NCBI GenBank assembly: GCA_963713045.1
Contig: CAVQKE010000003.1
Coordinates: forward strand, 608,001-672,000
DNA from: an uncultured delta proteobacterium
GTDB lineage: Bacteria > Myxococcota > Myxococcia > Myxococcales > Myxococcaceae
Direction: 5' to 3'
Length of the DNA stretch: 64,000 nucleotides
Shown here: positions 49,913 through 58,768 of the stretch, piece after piece
How the letters are laid out: every line of letters starts with the position of its first letter
How positions within the stretch are numbered: position 1 is the first letter of the stretch
Made by a program: the position numbers and the translations under genes
The notes under the pieces: model-generated
What the model was told of the DNA's origin: nothing
Databases searched by the model: none
The model's input: the letters and a program-made list of their open reading frames with translations, nothing else

Positions 49913-51931
49913 GTACGTCCGCACCTTACCGATGCGCGGCGGCTTCACCGGGGCCGCCACGCCGTAGATGACGGTGAAGCCCGACCCGCCCCCCCAAGTG
50001 GAGATGGGACGGGACGGATTCTCGCCGGCGGCCCCTTCAAGACTGTTCCAGTTGTTCGCCGCCCAGACGTTGCCAGCCGGGTCAATGGACACGTCGGTAA
50101 TCATCTGGATGCTGCCGCTCTGAAAGACATGGAGGACATCGCCAGTCTTGGTGCTGGGGGGATGCCCCTTCGTGGCGTCTCCAGCGAGCAACGTAACGGA
50201 ACGGCCCCACATGTTCCCGACCCAAACGTCGTCGTTCCCGTCCACATTCAGGCCCCAGGGGATGTTGATGGCCTCGCCGGTGAAGCCCATCGGCGCCGGC
50301 TGTGTGCCATCTGGGCGAATCATGTTGACTGCACCCGTGGGCCGCGCCGGTGGCCCCATGACGTACTTGAACATGGCCGCCGTAATTAGCTTGAACTGCT
50401 CCATGATGGAGATGCCATCGGGAAGCTTCGGCTGTGGGGTCTTCAGGTCCATGTTGCTTGCCACCCAGACATTTTCTTTCGAGTCCAGGGCGAGAGCGCG
50501 GACACCAATCCCCGCCCGGAAGCTCTCTACCTTTGTGGGGTCGGTTGCTGGAAACCGGACGACCGTGTCCGACGACGAATTGGCGACCCAGACACGATTC
50601 TGAGAGTCGATGACGATGTCGAAGGGGGACTTCAGCCCCGCGACCTTGACGATGCGACCGTCCTTGATTCGTCCGCCGGGGAAGTACAGCAACTGATTGT
50701 CCGAGCCATCGGCAATCCAAACGTCGCCGTTCAACGAGACACCAATCCCCATCAGGCCGAGGAACTTCTCCTTGAACGGGAAGTCGCTTTCCGTGCCGAC
50801 CGGCTTGCCGTTGAAGTCCATGACGAGAATCTTCCCGTTGAAGCTGGTAATCCAGATTCGGTCCTTCGTCACTGCGGTGCCCCAGCCGACGCCATCAATG
50901 CCCATGCCAGTGAAACCGGTAATGGGCGGAGAGAGTGCAGCTCCATTGGGGGCAAACTTTCCGACACCGCCACCGATGCTCTTGTTGACGCCGGACTGCG
51001 AGCCGGGCATCCAGTTCATGCCGCTCCAAAGGTTGCCCTCCGCATCAAACATGAACCGTCCGTTGGCGTAGTCGCCGCCACCGGAGAAACAGAGCGAGAG
51101 CGCGAAGTCGTCGGGAACGTAGGCGAGATAGGGGACGAAGGGAGCAGCCCGCCGCGAGCCATCCTTCGGCTGCGGGTATGCCTCATCAAACAGGGCGTAG
51201 AGTGTCTTCGGGTCCGCCCACGAGGCGCGGGCAATGGCCGCCACCGCCTCGATGGTGTCCTTCGGCGTCGTTCCGCCAAGGGGAGTTGCTGCCTTCAAGA
51301 AACGGGCGCGCCAACCGTCGTCGGCCACGGTGTCGAAGGCGGTGATGAGCGAGCCGAGCGTGTCCAGAGTCGCAAGCGTCGTCGTCACGGAACTGTTGAG
51401 AGGGTCTAGGAGGACCTTGCCCCATCCGCCAGTGGCTGGGTCCACCAGGTTCGGAACGTTCCCGGCGGCGATGTGAAGCCCGAGGACATTGCCGGACAAC
51501 GCTCCACCCTTGATGAATTGAGCGGCGGTGAATGCCGATGCCACCGTGGTTAGTTCGTTCACCGTGACGGTCTTCGGCAAGGGCGTTCCGAGCAGGAGCA
51601 TCAGCGCGATGGCGGGATTGTCGCCACTCGCTTTGCTTGCGTTGGGCTGTCCGCCCTTAACGACGAGCACCAGGACACTGTCCTTGCCCGGAGCACGTAT
51701 GGCCCGAAATTCAAAACGTCCGTCCGCGCCCGTCTTCGTTTGCGCGACTTGCTTAGGTTCGCCTGGGCTCGCCGTCCAGAGTGTGACCGTTGACTTGGCC
51801 ACCGCTGCACCTCCGACGAGGACCTGACCCTTCATTGATTCGGCTGCAACAGCCTGTCCGGTGACCGAGAGGGTTGCCGCAAACAGCAGCGACCCCAGAA
51901 AGCTGAGTATGTTCCGAGTGATTCCAACCAT
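49910..51931 (-). CDS. Secreted NHL/beta-propeller repeat protein
   Basis: Signal peptide; repeated D..GNVW.AN / DSQNRVWVAN / NGDVWIAD blades. Confidence 0.8.
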   Translation of the reverse strand: MVGITRNILSFLGSLLFAATLSVTGQAVAAESMKGQVLVGGAAVAKSTVTLWTASPGEPKQVAQTKTGADGRFEFRAIRAPGKDSVLVLVVKGGQPNASKASGDNPAIALMLLLGTPLPKTVTVNELTTVASAFTAAQFIKGGALSGNVLGLHIAAGNVPNLVDPATGGWGKVLLDPLNSSVTTTLATLDTLGSLITAFDTVADDGWRARFLKAATPLGGTTPKDTIEAVAAIARASWADPKTLYALFDEAYPQPKDGSRRAAPFVPYLAYVPDDFALSLCFSGGGDYANGRFMFDAEGNLWSGMNWMPGSQSGVNKSIGGGVGKFAPNGAALSPPITGFTGMGIDGVGWGTAVTKDRIWITSFNGKILVMDFNGKPVGTESDFPFKEKFLGLMGIGVSLNGDVWIADGSDNQLLYFPGGRIKDGRIVKVAGLKSPFDIVIDSQNRVWVANSSSDTVVRFPATDPTKVESFRAGIGVRALALDSKENVWVASNMDLKTPQPKLPDGISIMEQFKLITAAMFKYVMGPPARPTGAVNMIRPDGTQPAPMGFTGEAINIPWGLNVDGNDDVWVGNMWGRSVTLLAGDATKGHPPSTKTGDVLHVFQSGSIQMITDVSIDPAGNVWAANNWNSLEGAAGENPSRPISTWGGGSGFTVIYGVAAPVKPPRIGKVRTY

Positions 51932-51999
51932 GTGTGAGTCCCTCGCAGCCACGGTGACTACCCCAAATCTCGGCGTCGCCAGAGCGAAAAACTGTACCG

Positions 52000-52385
52000 G
52001 CGATTGAAGGCCGCCGCTGCCAGGCTGGGTAGCCAGTCGAGACCCGAGAAGACGCCGTTCTCAACCGTCCCAGCCTTCACCTTGCCCGGCCAGCGGATGA
52101 TGGCTGGCCACGGAACCCGCCCTCGAAAAGGGTGCCCTTGGTGGCGCGGAATGGTGTCATACCTCCGTCCGGCCAGGTGAATACCTCGGAGCCGTTGTCG
52201 GTGGTGAAGATGACGAGGGTGTTGTCGGCCTCGCCGATTTCGTCCAGGTGCCTGAGCAATGCGCCGATGCTGTCATCCATCTGCGCCATGCCTGCTTCTT
52301 GCAAGCTGTCGTTGCTCGTTGCGTTCATCATCGACCGGTACTTCGGCGGGATGAAAGTGAAGACGTGCATGCGGGTGGTGTTGTG
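52000..52385 (-). pseudogene. Internal arylsulfatase fragment, frameshifted
   Basis: NTTRMH..DD.IG.LL..LD..G.ADNT.VIFTTDNG..TPFR..KGT..EGGFR, then in another frame GKVKAGTVENG..SGLDW.PSL; no N-terminus. Confidence 0.8.
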
Positions 52386-53754
52386 GCCTTGGGCTGCGTC
52401 GGAGTGCCTTCAACTCCTCCTCGAAGCCCACGAGAATCTGCTCGGGGTCGGGGATGAGGCCGACGTCTGCCTGAATGCCCACACAGACACGGCCGGCATA
52501 GCTGAGCAGGCTCACGCCGAGCCCGAGATGCCCGGCGCACGGGACCCAGAACATGGCCTGTCGGAGCCGCACTCCGAGGAGCGAGATGGCCTTCTGCGGT
52601 CCGATGACGTTGGTCACCACGGCGGTGGCCTTCGTCCCAAACACATCGACCAACAGATTGAAGAGCGGCCGCGGGAGCTGGCCCATCACCCAAAGGAGTC
52701 CCCAGATGGCGGCGGCGTCAGGTGACTTTTTGAGTGTCTCCATCCGCTGGTGTAACTCCATGAGGCGAGAGCGGCTCTCCTCGATTCCGAGCGGTAGCGA
52801 AAGGAAGACCAGTCCGAACCAGTTTCCAAGCTGACGTTCTTCGCCCGGTGGCCGGAGGTTGACCGGTACAGCTGCGCGGACTTCGAGTCCCTGGGGCACT
52901 GCACCTCGGGCGAGCAGATAGCGGCGCAGTGCGCCCGCCACTGCGCTCATCAGTACGTCGTTGACAGTGGTACCAGTGGCCTTTCCTGCAGCCTTGAAGG
53001 CGTCCAGGCGGAACGAACGTGACCAGACGAGTTTCTTTCTTCTTCTAAGCGGGCCCTTGAACGGCGTCGGCGGGTCGGGTGGCAAGAGCAGCAACCGGAC
53101 CAGCGACGCCACCTGGTGAGCAGCCTCGGCGCTGGTCTGGACCACACGCTTCGGGTTCCGGAGCCAGGCCAGGGCCTGTATTGCGAGTCCGGACAGCGAG
53201 CGCGCCGACTCGGGCACCTTTGCGAGCACGGCCGGAGCCGACCCCCAAGCGTCAGACGGCTCTGCGTCCTTGCGCTTGGTCGGAGCGGATTCCGCACTTC
53301 CATCTTCCATCGACAGCAGCACATGGACCAGCGCCAGACCGTCGCCAATGGAGTGGTGGAGCCGTGCGATGAGGGCGGAACCACCTTGGTAATGGGGAAT
53401 GAAGTGAAAGTGCCACGGCGGGTGGCCTCTCGGGAGCGACTGGGCAGCGAGGTCGCTGGCGAATGCCTGCAGCGCAGCTTCGTCAGCCCGCCCAGGAAGC
53501 CGTGCGCTGACCAGGTGGCGCTCCATCTTGAAATCGGGGTCCTCCTCCCAGAAGAGGGGACCCAGAGGGCCGAAAGGTTCGGTAATTCGCTGACGGAACC
53601 GCGCGAAGCGCAGGAGGCGTTGCTCTAGCAAGCCCCGGAGTTGCTTCAGCGAGATTGGTTCATCGAAGACGAGCACCCCCATCACCACCATGCGGTTTGC
53701 CGGCTCCTCCATGCGGTGCCAGGTCGCGTCGACGTTGCCGAGAAGCGTTCGCAT
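52273..53754 (-). CDS. Wax ester synthase/diacylglycerol acyltransferase (WS/DGAT); C-terminus reads into the sulfatase fragment
   Basis: HHSIGDG motif, TVNDVL, PVNLR, LGN, TNVIGP, SYAG. Confidence 0.9.
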   Translation of the reverse strand: MRTLLGNVDATWHRMEEPANRMVVMGVLVFDEPISLKQLRGLLEQRLLRFARFRQRITEPFGPLGPLFWEEDPDFKMERHLVSARLPGRADEAALQAFASDLAAQSLPRGHPPWHFHFIPHYQGGSALIARLHHSIGDGLALVHVLLSMEDGSAESAPTKRKDAEPSDAWGSAPAVLAKVPESARSLSGLAIQALAWLRNPKRVVQTSAEAAHQVASLVRLLLLPPDPPTPFKGPLRRRKKLVWSRSFRLDAFKAAGKATGTTVNDVLMSAVAGALRRYLLARGAVPQGLEVRAAVPVNLRPPGEERQLGNWFGLVFLSLPLGIEESRSRLMELHQRMETLKKSPDAAAIWGLLWVMGQLPRPLFNLLVDVFGTKATAVVTNVIGPQKAISLLGVRLRQAMFWVPCAGHLGLGVSLLSYAGRVCVGIQADVGLIPDPEQILVGFEEELKALRRSPRPQHHPHARLHFHPAEVPVDDERNEQRQLARSRHGADG

Positions 53755-53759
53755 GAATG

Positions 53760-54191
53760 TCAAACCAGCAGGTGGTCGTGGCCGCTTTTTTTCAGCCACT
53801 CTCTGTAAACGGGATGGATGGGGTTGGTCACCGGCGCTAGTCGGAGCAGGGTGCCCAGTGGCCCAGAAGCCTTCACCCGCCCGAGCGCCACTGCAATCGC
53901 CACGTTCTCCTTCCCTTGGAAGTAGCGGTTGGCAGTGTTGCTTGACATTTGGAGCGTGATGACCGGCTTCCAGTCCACCGGTCCCCACACCCAGGTGAGG
54001 AAGCGGCCGTGCTGCTCCGCGGTGTCGTCCGCAGCCGTGACGTTCAGCTCCAGCCCGTAGTCGGTGATGAGGAAACGGTGGGGCGCATGCGCGTCGCGCA
54101 GCGGAAGTCCGACCTCGGGATGCTCATTCATCAGAGCAAAAATGTGTTCAAAGACAGTCTTGAACTCGCGCTTATCTCTGAAGCCCTTCAT
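53760..54191 (-). CDS. SCP2 sterol/lipid-binding domain protein
   Basis: L.MSS.TA.RYF.GK.NV..AVA.GRVK..GP..L.L.P pattern. Confidence 0.75.
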   Translation of the reverse strand: MKGFRDKREFKTVFEHIFALMNEHPEVGLPLRDAHAPHRFLITDYGLELNVTAADDTAEQHGRFLTWVWGPVDWKPVITLQMSSNTANRYFQGKENVAIAVALGRVKASGPLGTLLRLAPVTNPIHPVYREWLKKSGHDHLLV

Positions 54192-54194
54192 AGG

Positions 54195-54620
54195 AGCCCC
54201 CAGGACGGTGCCCCCGGTCCGGCACCACCTTCGAGGCTCGGACCGCGGCTTGTTATTTGCTGGGCGTCTTTTCGGTGCGCTTGGGCGACGTCTCGCGCGT
54301 CAATTGCTCGACCCTGGAAGCCAACTCCTGAGCGCTCTCTGCCAACTTCTCTGCCGTCTCCTGGACGGTGTGTCCGGCCTTGGCTGCGACTTCGTGGAGC
54401 TTGTCGCTTGCCTTGACGTTGAGCTCCTTGGCCTTCTCCGCCACCTCATCAATCTTCTTGTTGATGTTCTTAGTCTTCATAATGGCTTTCCCTTTCGCGC
54501 CCATTGGGTGTGCAATGTCCGGGCCTCAGCGAAGAGTCGAAGCAGTTCAGCCAGTTGCGAGCGTGGCGGGTGCAATAGATGCGGCTCGCGCTCTCCGGGC
54601 CGCAGAGGCGGCCGGAATCG
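54195..54620. repeat. ~430-bp duplicated unit, copy 2; ends in degenerate core G (GAGGCGGCCGGAATCG)
   Basis: Colinear with 44575-45008. Confidence 0.92.
54253..54480 (-). CDS. 75-aa amphipathic 11-mer-repeat protein, copy 2
   Basis: MKTKNINKKIDEVAEKAKELNVKASDKLHEVAAK... Confidence 0.75.
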   Translation of the reverse strand: MKTKNINKKIDEVAEKAKELNVKASDKLHEVAAKAGHTVQETAEKLAESAQELASRVEQLTRETSPKRTEKTPSK

Positions 54621-54673
54621 GTGGGAGCCTTTTGATTGTCTCGGATTCCGCGGTAATTCGGGGACGCCCACAG

Positions 54674-55321
54674 TCAGCGGCTCCTGCGCAGCACGATGTG
54701 CGTCGCGCGCTCGCCTGGGGCTTGCTCGGTGCACTCATAGCCCAAAACACGAAGGTCGAGTCCGTGCATCAGGTGCTCTCCTGAACCGAGTAGAATGGCA
54801 CGCAGGGCCAAGTGAAGCTCGTCGACAAGCCCCGCCTGAAGATACTGCCGGAGGGTCGCTACTCCGCCTCCCAGACGCACGTCGAGACCGCCCGCTGCCT
54901 CTTTGGATTGTTCCAGGGCGGAGCGGATGCCCTCGGTCACGAAGCGAAACTCGGTCCCACCCTTCATCTTGAGAGGCGCGCGTGCATGATGTGTCAGCAC
55001 GAACACAGGCGTATGGTAGGGCGGCTCCTCACCCCACCACCCTTTCCAGCTCTCGTCGCGCCAGGGTCCCCGCACCGGCCCGAACATGTTCCGCCCCAGA
55101 ATCCAGGCGCCAAAGCCGCTGAACCCTTTCTCGGCCCAGGAATTGTCGACGCCCGTCTCTCCGCCCTCCTGCCCGTGCATCTGCCGCCAGACCCGTGTCT
55201 GAAAAAACCACTCCATCAGCTCCAGCCCGCGAATTCCGAGCGGATTCTGGAGGTCCTGGCTCGGACCAGCGCCGTATCCATCAAGGGAAATCGCAAAGCA
55301 TCGGACGCGGAGTTTGGACAT
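54674..55321 (-). CDS. Dihydrofolate reductase-like (RibD C-terminal) family protein
   Basis: ISLDGYGAGP, ILGRNMF, PPYHTPVFVLTH, GGG.T..QYL.AGLVDE. Confidence 0.9.
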   Translation of the reverse strand: MSKLRVRCFAISLDGYGAGPSQDLQNPLGIRGLELMEWFFQTRVWRQMHGQEGGETGVDNSWAEKGFSGFGAWILGRNMFGPVRGPWRDESWKGWWGEEPPYHTPVFVLTHHARAPLKMKGGTEFRFVTEGIRSALEQSKEAAGGLDVRLGGGVATLRQYLQAGLVDELHLALRAILLGSGEHLMHGLDLRVLGYECTEQAPGERATHIVLRRSR

Positions 55322-55364
55322 GGTCGGTTCTCTCCTTTACACCCATCAAGGCCAATGCTCCGGG

Positions 55365-55419
55365 CTGCGCGCCCAGCCAAACGACTCCCTTACAGTTCCG
55401 CGCAAGTCCGCGACGTTCC
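55365..55419. repeat. att-like repeat copy H (arm only)
   Basis: CTGCGCGCCC..CAAACG..CCCTT.CAGTTCCGCGC.AGTCCGCGACGTT, matches 55888-55942. Confidence 0.87.
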
Positions 55420-55522
55420 ACCTTGGCCCCCCTAAGAACGGGCAGCCGAGCCGGCCGTTGCTTCTAAGAGCCTTGCAAGCGTTCAGAGCCAGGTGCGACA
55501 GGCCGACTTGCTGGACTCTCGG

Positions 55523-55870
55523 ATGACCGATTTGCAGCGCTGGTTGAAGCGGACCCACCAGACGTGGAAGCGACTGTCTTCCAGTTGCTTGTTGGGCTCC
55601 GGGAGTGTCTTGTCCTACTTCACGTCTCTTGTGCCAGAGCGGGGGTGCTTACGTCGGATGGACACTCTGGGCGACAGCGGAAGGCTTGCTGTCCTTTATC
55701 TGGCTAGCTCTGAGCATTCGATGCCCTGAGTGCGGTGGCCAAGTGGCCTGGTTCGTCCTGCGAACAGCGCCAGCGAACCAATGGTGGGCGAAACTAGCAA
55801 CCCCTTATGTGAGGCCCCTCGCCTCAACACGTTGTTTGCCGCCTACCGACGAGACATCTAGGTATCGCAG
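55523..55870 (+). pseudogene. Frameshifted small membrane protein with CxxC zinc-ribbon motif
   Basis: MTDLQRWLKRTHQTWK.. in one frame, LLSFIWLALSIRCPECGGQVAW in another. Confidence 0.45.
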
Positions 55871-55871
55871 T

Positions 55872-55983
55872 CGCCAGCATCTCCCACCTGCGCGCCCGTT
55901 CAAACGGCACCCTTGCAGTTCCGCGCGAGTCCGCGACGTTTCGAGATCCGACTGACTTCACTGTGGAGGCGGCGGGAATCGAA
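55872..55983. repeat. att-like repeat copy I, at the tmRNA 3' end itself
   Basis: Arm sequence directly abuts and includes the tmRNA 3' end. Confidence 0.88.
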
Positions 55984-56324
55984 CCCGCGTCCGGAAGCCT
56001 TCAACCCACCGACACTACGTGCGTAGTCCGTGTTTCAAGCGTCGGGCCGCGTCCGAACGCGGACAGCCTCGCGCGGCCCCAGCCCAGAAAATCTCGCCGA
56101 GCCTCCTCTGGGCGACGAGGCTCAGCCAGCCCGCATTCTGACGGTCCATCCCCGGCCCACGGGCCGAGACCGGGGGGACCGCGCACTAGGACTGTTTAAG
56201 CAGCCAGCGCGAGCTCAACGTTGTCGTTGGCTTTTGTGTTGTTGCCCTGGTGATTTACGAGTGACAGGCCCACTCGGCACGCGTCAGAGGGCGTCATTGC
56301 CCCCGTCGAAACCAGGGCGCCCCC
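55964..56324 (-). ncRNA. ssrA: tmRNA; tag peptide ANDNVELALAA* at 56231-56196
   Basis: 5' GGGGGCG pairs with 3' CGCCTCC-A (G3-U wobble); T-arm GGGTTCGATTCCC; TTCGAC near the 5' end; tag ends in ALAA-TAA; CCA not encoded. Confidence 0.96.
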
Positions 56325-56456
56325 GGGTTCAACCCGTACACCCTAACCTTTTTCGCTCGCGGGTCAACGGTCCATCAGGACCCCTGGGTCGGAGGCGGCT
56401 TCTTGGCGCGTACGCGCTTCCGCTGTAAGCCCTACTGCTTCACGGGAAAGGGACGC

Positions 56457-58172
56457 TTGACCCAGGTCGGCAAAGCCGCCGTGGTTGCAACCTTGGCCTT
56501 GCTCGCGGCGACCCCGGCGCGGGCGCAGACGAATATCGACTCGCGCGGCATTGAAATCGTTCCCAACCAGCCGAGTCCCTTCGCCCGGAGCGGCATCACC
56601 TTGGATGGCGCTCTGGCCGCCCCGGTGGGGACGCTCCGCGGAGCAGTTCTCGTCGACACCAACGCCCAGATTCTGTCGCTCAGCCTAGGGGACCAGAAGC
56701 TTGGCAACCTGGTCCCGTACCGAGTTGACGTCCACCTTATGTTCTCCTGGACACCACTCGCCTTCCTGGAGCTCGCGGCCGACCTGCCTTTCACGCTTGA
56801 CCAGGGAAGCAACTTCGCGGAGCTGGATGCCGCGGGCCTCGACGTGCCGGGCATCGCGGCCGCGGGCCTCAACGACTTCCGCATCCTGCCGCGCATTTTT
56901 CTGCTGGACGCCAACCGCGCGCCCTTTGGGGCAGCGCTGTCGCTCGAAACGCGTTTCCCGACGGGGAAGTCGCAGAGCTTCATGGGGGCCAACACAGTCG
57001 TGTTCGCACCCCGTTTGGCGCTGGAGCGCGACTTCGGCCCGGTGGGCATGCTTCTTAACGCGGGCCTGGTGCTTCAGGGCGCTGGACAATTCATCAACCT
57101 CTACGTCCAGGACCAGCTGATGCTGGGCGGTGGCCTCATCTTTCATTTCAACGACGTGGGGCCCTTCCACCAGCTTCAGGCCATGGCAGAAACGGTGACC
57201 TACACGCCGCTGCAGACGCCCTTCACCTCCAACACGTCGACGCCAACCCCGTGGGAAGTGCTGGTCGGCGTGCGGAGCCGGATTGGGAAGATTTTCGGGG
57301 CTGAACTCGACTTGGGCCGCGGCATCACCAGTAGCCCCGGCTACGGGCGGGAGGCTTTCCGGCTGATTGCTGCCTTTCGCATTGACGTCGAGCCGCAGCC
57401 CAAGCCAACCGTCGCTCCGCCGCCCGCGGACCGAGACCACGATGGAATCCCGGATGAGTTGGACAAATGCCCAGACGAGCCTGGGCCCAAGGAGAACGAC
57501 GGCTGCCCCGACGTCGACACCGATGGGGACGGCATCCCGGACCGTCTCGACGCCTGCCCGCGGGAGCCGGGCTCCCGGGAAATGGACGGCTGCCCGGACC
57601 GCGACGGCGACCAGATTCCGGACCGTGAGGACAAGTGCCCGGATGAGCCCGGGCCCGCGGAGAATGACGGCTGCCCGGTGGTGGGCGAGCCGCTGGTGCA
57701 GCTCGAGACGAAGCGGATTCGCATCCGCGGCAGCGTCCTGTTTGACACCGGCATGGCCACCATTCTTCCGCAGTCCTACCCGCTGCTGGACGAGGTGGTG
57801 CAGGTGCTGCGGGACAACCCCACCATCGGACCGGTGCGGATTGAAGGCAACACCGACAGCCGGGGGGGACGGGAGTACAACTTGGACCTCTCCGAGCGCC
57901 GAGCCCGGGCCGTCCTCGACTACCTAGTCAAGCATGGCATCAAGCGCAGCCGCCTGCGCACCGTCGGCTACGGTTTTGACCACCCGGTGGCCACCAATGA
58001 AACGGCCCTGGGCCGCGCCAAGAATCGCCGCGTGGAGTTCCGGCTGTTGGGGGCGGACGGCGAGGAGCTGAAGGACCTCCCGGTGCCTGCCGCGGGCAAG
58101 ACGGCTGGGCCCGCGCCAGCGAAGCCCAGCGAGCCGGTGCCCCTTCCAGGTCCGCCGACGAAGACGCCCTGA
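56457..58172 (+). CDS. OmpA family protein with beta-barrel and thrombospondin type-3 repeats
   Basis: D.D.DGIPD..D.CP..PG...DGCP repeats; F.TG..I..S..LL, IEGNTD..G...NL.LS..RA, NRRVEF; start uncertain. Confidence 0.9.
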   Translation: MTQVGKAAVVATLALLAATPARAQTNIDSRGIEIVPNQPSPFARSGITLDGALAAPVGTLRGAVLVDTNAQILSLSLGDQKLGNLVPYRVDVHLMFSWTPLAFLELAADLPFTLDQGSNFAELDAAGLDVPGIAAAGLNDFRILPRIFLLDANRAPFGAALSLETRFPTGKSQSFMGANTVVFAPRLALERDFGPVGMLLNAGLVLQGAGQFINLYVQDQLMLGGGLIFHFNDVGPFHQLQAMAETVTYTPLQTPFTSNTSTPTPWEVLVGVRSRIGKIFGAELDLGRGITSSPGYGREAFRLIAAFRIDVEPQPKPTVAPPPADRDHDGIPDELDKCPDEPGPKENDGCPDVDTDGDGIPDRLDACPREPGSREMDGCPDRDGDQIPDREDKCPDEPGPAENDGCPVVGEPLVQLETKRIRIRGSVLFDTGMATILPQSYPLLDEVVQVLRDNPTIGPVRIEGNTDSRGGREYNLDLSERRARAVLDYLVKHGIKRSRLRTVGYGFDHPVATNETALGRAKNRRVEFRLLGADGEELKDLPVPAAGKTAGPAPAKPSEPVPLPGPPTKTP

Positions 58173-58180
58173 GGCCCCTT

Positions 58181-58768
58181 TCAGGAGTCGTGCAGCGCCC
58201 GCTCGATGCGCGAGCGCCATTCGCGCTCGGAGGCCGAGCCAATGTACGTCGCGCTGACTTTGCCGCTGCGGTCGATGACGACCATGGTCGGCAAAGCCTG
58301 GACGCCGAAGGCATTGGCGGACGCGTCAGTGCCAAATGCGGCGTAAGGGGCCAGCCCGGGCACCTGTTGGTCGATGAAGACGCCCACTTCCACCCGGGCG
58401 CGCTCCGGGTCGTCGAGGCTGGGCGCGACGAAGGCCAGGCCGCGGGCCTCGTACTCCTTGGCCAGCTTCACCAGCATCGGCATCTCCTCGACGCACGGTC
58501 CACAGAAGGTGCCCCAGAAGTCCACCAGCACCACCTTGCCGCGCAGCGAGGCGAGGGCAACGTTGCCACCTCCAAAGCGCTGGAAGCCAACGGCGGGAGC
58601 TTCTCGCCCGGCGGTATGGGGGCGCAGCCTTCGTGCCTCACCAAGGCCGGCCCACAACGCCCCGAGGATGCCCAAGCCGACCAGCAGAACGACGAGGAGC
58701 CGGCCCAAGTTGCCGGGTGCAGGGGTCGAGTTGTCTGGGGAGGGAGCGTCCATTCTGGGGGCGCTCAC
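58181..58768 (-). CDS. TlpA-family disulfide reductase
   Basis: TM; GKVVLVDFWGTFCGPC..EMP, LPT.V.ID..G. Confidence 0.9.
   Translation of the reverse strand: MSAPRMDAPSPDNSTPAPGNLGRLLVVLLVGLGILGALWAGLGEARRLRPHTAGREAPAVGFQRFGGGNVALASLRGKVVLVDFWGTFCGPCVEEMPMLVKLAKEYEARGLAFVAPSLDDPERARVEVGVFIDQQVPGLAPYAAFGTDASANAFGVQALPTMVVIDRSGKVSATYIGSASEREWRSRIERALHDS

Noticed and set aside
39291..55983. CRISPR array interpretation of the repeats
   Set aside because: Spacing is kilobase-scale and irregular, the repeats are long and degenerate, and no cas genes are present.
56457..58172. traB (outer-membrane exchange) assignment
   Set aside because: The architecture is similar, but no traA is upstream (tmRNA is there) and myxobacteria have several such OmpA paralogs.
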